A stretch of 32,000 nt of DNA, taken from the NCBI GenBank assembly GCA_934613415.1, contig CAKTSY010000006.1, forward strand, positions 109,496 to 141,495, read 5' to 3'. The stretch's first letter is position 1. Each line of letters starts with the position of its first letter. This document shows, piece after piece, positions 27,679-32,000 of this stretch. The notes below the pieces were generated by a model. It searched no databases, was not told the origin of the DNA, and saw only the letters and a program-made list of their open reading frames with translations. Source of the DNA: an uncultured Opitutales bacterium. Lineage in GTDB: Bacteria; Verrucomicrobiota; Verrucomicrobiia; Opitutales; Intestinicryptomonadaceae. The position numbers were made by a program, and so were the translations under genes.

Positions 27679-28593
27679 ATGCAGGCCGGAATTTCGGATA
27701 TGCTAAAGAAGGTGCGTCAAATAGAGATACGCACAAACAGGCAGGTTAGCGACGCGCTTGCCGGCGCATATCATAGCATATTCAAGGGCAGGGGAATGGA
27801 CTTTGAAGAATCGCGCGAATATCAGGTTGGCGACGAAATCCGCAGCATAGACTGGAACGTTACCGCCCGCACTGGCAAAGCCCATGTTAAACGCTACACG
27901 GAAGAGCGCGAGCTTACAATGATGCTTATGGTAGATTTGTCGGCAAGCGGCTTGTTCGGCAGCTCTTTAGTTTCTAAAAGAGAAAGAATGGCGGAAATTG
28001 CAAGCACGCTTGCATTTTCGGCGGTGCGCAACGGCGACAAGGTTGGCTTGGCTTTGTTTACCGATTCCGTAGAGCTTATGATTGCCCCCAGAAAGGGGCG
28101 CAGGCACATTTTAAGGCTTATAAGAGACATTCTTTTTTACGAGCCGAAAAGCGCAAAAACCGATATTGCCGCCTGCATAGACGAAGTAAACCGCGTAGTA
28201 AAGCGCAGGGCTATTATGGTTGTTGTAAGCGACTTTTTGCAGGGCAAAAACGGAATGTTGCCAACCGACGACAACGGCGAGGTGGTAAGGGCATTAAGCC
28301 TTACAAACCGCAGGCACGACCTTATCTGCGCAAGTGTTAGCGACCCGCGCGAATTCGAGCTGCCCAATGTAGGCACCCTGTTTTTGGAAGACGCCGAAAG
28401 CGGCGAATGCGTGCAAATAGACACCTCTAGCGCGAAGGTAAGAAAGGCGTATTCGGACTACAATTTCATAAGAAAATCGCAGTTCGAAAAGCAACTTGCA
28501 AAAGTCGGCATAGACCTGCTTGAAGTAGACACAACCGACGACTATATTTTTAAACTTAAAAAGTTTTTTGAAACGAGAAAGAGCAAAAGATGA
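27679..28593 (+). CDS. DUF58 domain protein (MoxR-associated, vWA-like)
   Basis: 304 aa. YQVGDEIRSIDWNVTARTGKAHVKRYTEERE and MLMVDLSASG blocks typical of DUF58. Directly follows moxR. Confidence 0.85.
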   Translation: MQAGISDMLKKVRQIEIRTNRQVSDALAGAYHSIFKGRGMDFEESREYQVGDEIRSIDWNVTARTGKAHVKRYTEERELTMMLMVDLSASGLFGSSLVSKRERMAEIASTLAFSAVRNGDKVGLALFTDSVELMIAPRKGRRHILRLIRDILFYEPKSAKTDIAACIDEVNRVVKRRAIMVVVSDFLQGKNGMLPTDDNGEVVRALSLTNRRHDLICASVSDPREFELPNVGTLFLEDAESGECVQIDTSSAKVRKAYSDYNFIRKSQFEKQLAKVGIDLLEVDTTDDYIFKLKKFFETRKSKR

Positions 28594-29129
28594 TTTTTGT
28601 TTTTGCAGCGGCTTCGGTATTTCCCGAAATAGACGAAAGTTTCGGCAAAATAGGGCTTACTTTTTGGCAGGCAAACTGGCAATGGTTTGCGATAGGCGCT
28701 GTTGTTGCTGTTGCGGCTTTTGTTGCAGGTTTTTATTTAAGACCCAAGCCAAAACAGCCAACTCCCTATCAAAAGGCTATGCAAAAATTGGGCAAATTGG
28801 GTGAAACCGAACTTGAAGACGAACCCTTTGCAAACGAACTTAGCGCAATTGTAAGGGAGTTTATAGAGGCTCAATATAATCTGCCAGCCCCCGAACGCAC
28901 AACGCAGGAGTTTTTAAAAATAGCTTCGGCTTCAGAAAAGATTTCGCCAAAAGTAAGGGATAAATTGGCGCAACTGCTGCAGGCATTCGATATGGCAAAA
29001 TTTGCAAAAGGCACTTTTTCTAATTCGGAAAAAAGCGAAGTTTTAACATCGGCAAACGAGTTTGTAGAAATGTCGAATATTCCCGATAAAAAAGAGGATA
29101 GCGACAAAAACGAAGATTCAAAAAAATGA
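28590..29129 (+). CDS. DUF4381-like single-pass membrane protein of the Bat operon
   Basis: 179 aa. One TM (WFAIGAVVAVAAFVAGFYL), then ...APERTTQEFL..., as in DUF4381 proteins found between DUF58 and BatA. ATGA overlaps at both ends. Confidence 0.65.
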   Translation: MIFVFAAASVFPEIDESFGKIGLTFWQANWQWFAIGAVVAVAAFVAGFYLRPKPKQPTPYQKAMQKLGKLGETELEDEPFANELSAIVREFIEAQYNLPAPERTTQEFLKIASASEKISPKVRDKLAQLLQAFDMAKFAKGTFSNSEKSEVLTSANEFVEMSNIPDKKEDSDKNEDSKK

Positions 29130-30163
29130 CATTCGAATTTGAAAGTCCGCAACTTTTATGGCTTTTGCTGGCATTGCCTATATTGGCTTTGCTTAGGGGT
29201 GCGCGCGCAGGCAGGGCTTCGGTTTTGTTTTCGAGCGTAGCCATTGCAAAAACCGCGGCGAAAAAAAGCAGGGGCAGCCCTGGCAAATGGCTTTTCTTTT
29301 TAAGGCTGCTATGCTTGGCTCTTTTAATTGTGGCAATTGCCCGCCCAAGGCTTGGCAGCGGCTATAGCGAAAGAGAGGAAAGCGGCATAGACATTGTGCT
29401 AGCCCTAGACGTTTCGGGCTCTATGGCGGCGCTTGATTTTACTAAAGATTATGCAACCCCCATAACAAGGCTTGACGCCGTAAAAGAGGTTGTTTCCGAC
29501 TTCGTTAAAAAACGCCCGAACGACAGAATTGGCGTTTACGTTTTCGGGGCAAACACTTTTTTGCTTTCGCCTATTACGCTTTCGCACGATTGGCTTACCC
29601 AGAATTTGGAAAGGGTGCAGCTGGGCATTGTAGACGGCTCTAGAACCGCCATAGGAATGGCGATTGCAAACGGGGCAAACAAGCTTAAGGAACTTAAAAA
29701 TTCGAAGTCGAAAGTTATAATTTTGCTTACCGACGGCGAAAACAATTCGGGCAAAATTTCGCCATTGGCCGCCGCCGAAGCCGCCGCCAGTTTAGACATA
29801 AAAATATATACGATAATGGCGGGCAAGTCGGGCATAATACCCTTTGCGCAGGTAGACGACAACGGCGCATTGATAAGAGACAGGCGCGGCCGCCCAATGT
29901 TTGCGGGCAACGTTCAAAGCTATGCAGACGACGCCGAACTAAAAAAGATTGCCGAAATTACACACGGCAAATTTTACCGCGCCGAAAATTTGCGCGAGCT
30001 AAACGAAATTTATTCGAATATAGACAAGCTTGAGAAAACAAGCGTAAAGCTAAGGCAGTTTACTTCGTATACGGAATTATTCTACATATTTGCGGCGGCA
30101 GCTCTTGCCGTTTTGGCTTTAGAACAAATTCTTGCCAACACAAAATATAGGAGGATACCATGA
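29126..30163 (+). CDS. batA: BatA-type vWA domain membrane protein
   Basis: 345 aa. N-terminal FEFESPQLLWLLLALPILALL (aerotolerance-regulator N-terminal type), vWA MIDAS block VLALDVSGSM ... LLTDGENN, and a C-terminal TM. Confidence 0.85.
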   Translation: MTFEFESPQLLWLLLALPILALLRGARAGRASVLFSSVAIAKTAAKKSRGSPGKWLFFLRLLCLALLIVAIARPRLGSGYSEREESGIDIVLALDVSGSMAALDFTKDYATPITRLDAVKEVVSDFVKKRPNDRIGVYVFGANTFLLSPITLSHDWLTQNLERVQLGIVDGSRTAIGMAIANGANKLKELKNSKSKVIILLTDGENNSGKISPLAAAEAAASLDIKIYTIMAGKSGIIPFAQVDDNGALIRDRRGRPMFAGNVQSYADDAELKKIAEITHGKFYRAENLRELNEIYSNIDKLEKTSVKLRQFTSYTELFYIFAAAALAVLALEQILANTKYRRIP

Positions 30164-32000
30164 TTTTCCGCGATTATGTTTGGCTTTATGCGGGGGCGTT
30201 TGCCCTTGTTGCCTTTTTGGCTCTTTTTGCGGAAAGCCAAAGACGGCGCAAAATTGCCCTGCAAACTTTTGCCGCAAAAAACCTTTTAAAAACCCTTTGC
30301 TACAACTATAGCAGCGCGGCGCAAAAACTTAAATATGCGCTGATATTGCTTTCGATAGCATTCATTTTTATTGCTTTGGCACGCCCGCAATGGGGCTATA
30401 AGTGGCAGGAAACAAAAACAAAGGGTATAGACGTTGTGTTTGCCGTAGACTGCTCTAAAAGTATGCTTGCCGACGATATTAAACCCGACAGACTGCAGCG
30501 CGCAAAGCTGGCAATAGAAGACGCCGTTGCAAATTTAGGCGGCGACAGAATTGGCCTTGTCGCCTTTAGCGGACAGGCATTTTTGCAGTGTCCGCTAACT
30601 CTCGACTACGACGCCTTTAAAATGTCGCTAGACGAGCTAAAGATAGGCATAATTCAAAGGGGCGGCACAAATATTTCAGCTGCAATAGAAGAGGCAGAGG
30701 CCGCCTTTAAGGAAAGCTCGAACTACAAAAGCATAATTTTGCTAAGCGACGGCGAAGAGCTTGAGGAAAATGCTTTGGCCACCGCAAAACGCCTGGCAAA
30801 AAAGGGCGTAGTTATCTACACAATAGGGGTTGGCCTAAACGACTTAAGCCCCATTTCGATAACCGACGAACGTGGCAAAAGCGATTATATAAGAGACGGG
30901 CAAGGCAACATTGTAAAAAGCAGGCTAGACGAAAAAACGCTTATGCAAATTGCGCAGGCGACAAACGGCTTTTACGCGTCGCTTACCGACAACGGAATAG
31001 AAAAGGCGGTATCGCACCTAAAGGAAATTCCCAAAAGCGAATTGGAATCTAAAATGAGGCAAACTGCAATAGACCGCTTTCAGATATTTTTGGCGGTTGC
31101 CCTTGTGTTGCTTTCGCTTGAAAGCCTTATCGGTACAAGAAAACTTTTTGCAAAATTGTCGCGCAGGGTTTTTGTGGGCAAAATTGCAGTTTTATTTTTT
31201 GCCGCAGCGTTTATTTTTAGCGACAATTCGTATGCGGAAAATGCAAAAAACACGTTGCCGCGCGATTTGTTTAATGCCGCCGTAGATTTGCAAAAGGCAA
31301 AAGAATTCGACAAGGCAAAGGAAATGTATAACGCCGCAATGCGCGCCGAATTCGAAAACACAAAGTTGCATTCTATGGCGTATTTTAACTTGGGCAACAT
31401 AGATTACAATTCGGCAAAACTTGCCTACGAAAAAATTCAGGCTTTGCCCGAAACCGAAAAGCAGGGCGCTGCCCTATATGGCCAGTGCTCGCAAAGCCAG
31501 CAGGCAGGCTATGCCCTTTTAAAAGAGGGGCTTGCGCGCAAGAGTGCCGACGTCGAAAAATCTACAAAAACGCTCGAAGAAAAATCCTTTCAGGACAAGC
31601 TAAAGCAAGGTGTGCAAAACTGCCAAGCCGCAAAAGACGCCTGCGAAAAGTTCGAAAAAGCAGCCCAGCAAAAAACAGCCGAAATTGCCGCCGTAAAAGA
31701 CACGCTAAAGCATGCCGACAAAAATTGGCGAAATAGCATTGCGCTAGACAAAGAAAATGTTTCGGCGCAGAAAAACATAGAGAGCAGTTTGTCGGCACAA
31801 AAAACGCTTTCGGCACAAAGCGAAGCTTTAGAAAACGCAACTAAGTTTGCAAAAACAAAGTCGCAGGAATTGGCAAAGCTTATAGAGGAATTAAAAAAGC
31901 TTATTAAAGACGACAATAAAGACAATCAGCAGAATCAGCAGAATCAGCAGAATCAGCAGAATCAGCAGAATCAGCAGAATCAGCAGAATCAGCAGAATCA
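30160..32000 (+). CDS. batB: BatB-type vWA protein continuous with a BatC-like TPR/coiled-coil region; 3' end outside the window
   Basis: Not in the ORF track because no stop is reached. I translated 30160-32000 by hand and found no stop. vWA block VVFAVDCSKSM ... ILLSDGEE, TM at about aa 306-323, a second hydrophobic segment from GTG 31174, TPR-like ...AYFNLGNIDYNSAKLAYEK..., a long K/E/Q-rich helix, then (NQQ)n. ATGA overlap with batA. Confidence 0.8.
   Translation, partial: MIFRDYVWLYAGAFALVAFLALFAESQRRRKIALQTFAAKNLLKTLCYNYSSAAQKLKYALILLSIAFIFIALARPQWGYKWQETKTKGIDVVFAVDCSKSMLADDIKPDRLQRAKLAIEDAVANLGGDRIGLVAFSGQAFLQCPLTLDYDAFKMSLDELKIGIIQRGGTNISAAIEEAEAAFKESSNYKSIILLSDGEELEENALATAKRLAKKGVVIYTIGVGLNDLSPISITDERGKSDYIRDGQGNIVKSRLDEKTLMQIAQATNGFYASLTDNGIEKAVSHLKEIPKSELESKMRQTAIDRFQIFLAVALVLLSLESLIGTRKLFAKLSRRVFVGKIAVLFFAAAFIFSDNSYAENAKNTLPRDLFNAAVDLQKAKEFDKAKEMYNAAMRAEFENTKLHSMAYFNLGNIDYNSAKLAYEKIQALPETEKQGAALYGQCSQSQQAGYALLKEGLARKSADVEKSTKTLEEKSFQDKLKQGVQNCQAAKDACEKFEKAAQQKTAEIAAVKDTLKHADKNWRNSIALDKENVSAQKNIESSLSAQKTLSAQSEALENATKFAKTKSQELAKLIEELKKLIKDDNKDNQQNQQNQQNQQNQQNQQNQQNQQN
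31924..32000 (+). repeat. Perfect 9-bp tandem repeat (AATCAGCAG), at least 8.5 copies, truncated by the window end; encodes (Asn-Gln-Gln)n
   Basis: Read directly. Eight complete identical units from 31924 to 31995, plus a partial unit to 32000. Confidence 0.95.

Noticed and set aside
31485-31925. 83-aa (+) and 92/111-aa (-) ORFs near the right edge
   Set aside because: They are off-frame or antisense to the uninterrupted BatB/C-like frame, which shows TPR-like and coiled-coil sequence. Arg/Lys- or Ser/Phe-rich artefact translations.
31924-32000. CRISPR-like or other non-coding repeat array
   Set aside because: Units are contiguous 9-mers with no spacers and sit in-frame inside an open reading frame. 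This is a coding tandem repeat, not CRISPR.

Overview
AT-biased bacterial chromosomal window, mostly housekeeping and very tightly packed, with many ATGA-type start/stop overlaps. Left third, all on the + strand: uppS (5' partial)-cdsA-dxr-rseP-ispG-MATE transporter-membrane protein-TIM-barrel isomerase-ybeY-DUF502-RecO-like. Next comes a convergent mnmG (-). It is followed by an unusually gene-poor, very AT-rich patch (about 12.6-15.5 kb) holding only a divergent ADP-ribosylglycohydrolase gene (-), tRNA-Arg(UCU) and long non-coding spacers. After that: a porin, ispF-ispD-pyrF (-), ispE, rpmH-rnpA-yidD-yidC-dnaN (no dnaA), lpxK and glgC (-). The window ends with a MoxR-DUF58-DUF4381-BatA-BatB/BatC-like operon that runs off the right edge in a perfect 9-bp tandem repeat. 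LpxK, a beta-barrel porin ending in Phe and the Bat genes indicate a diderm; I cannot assign the lineage from sequence alone. I found no CRISPR array, rRNA, transposase, integrase or recognisable toxin/defence cassette, and I do not see a clear-cut novel multi-gene system. The items most worth a second look are: (1) the 700-bp spacer upstream of mnmG, with repeated palindromes and a near-pure A/T tract; (2) a 22-nt motif duplicated inside mnmG; (3) the isolated divergent ADP-ribosylglycohydrolase; (4) the fused BatB/BatC-like ORF with its (AATCAGCAG)n tract.
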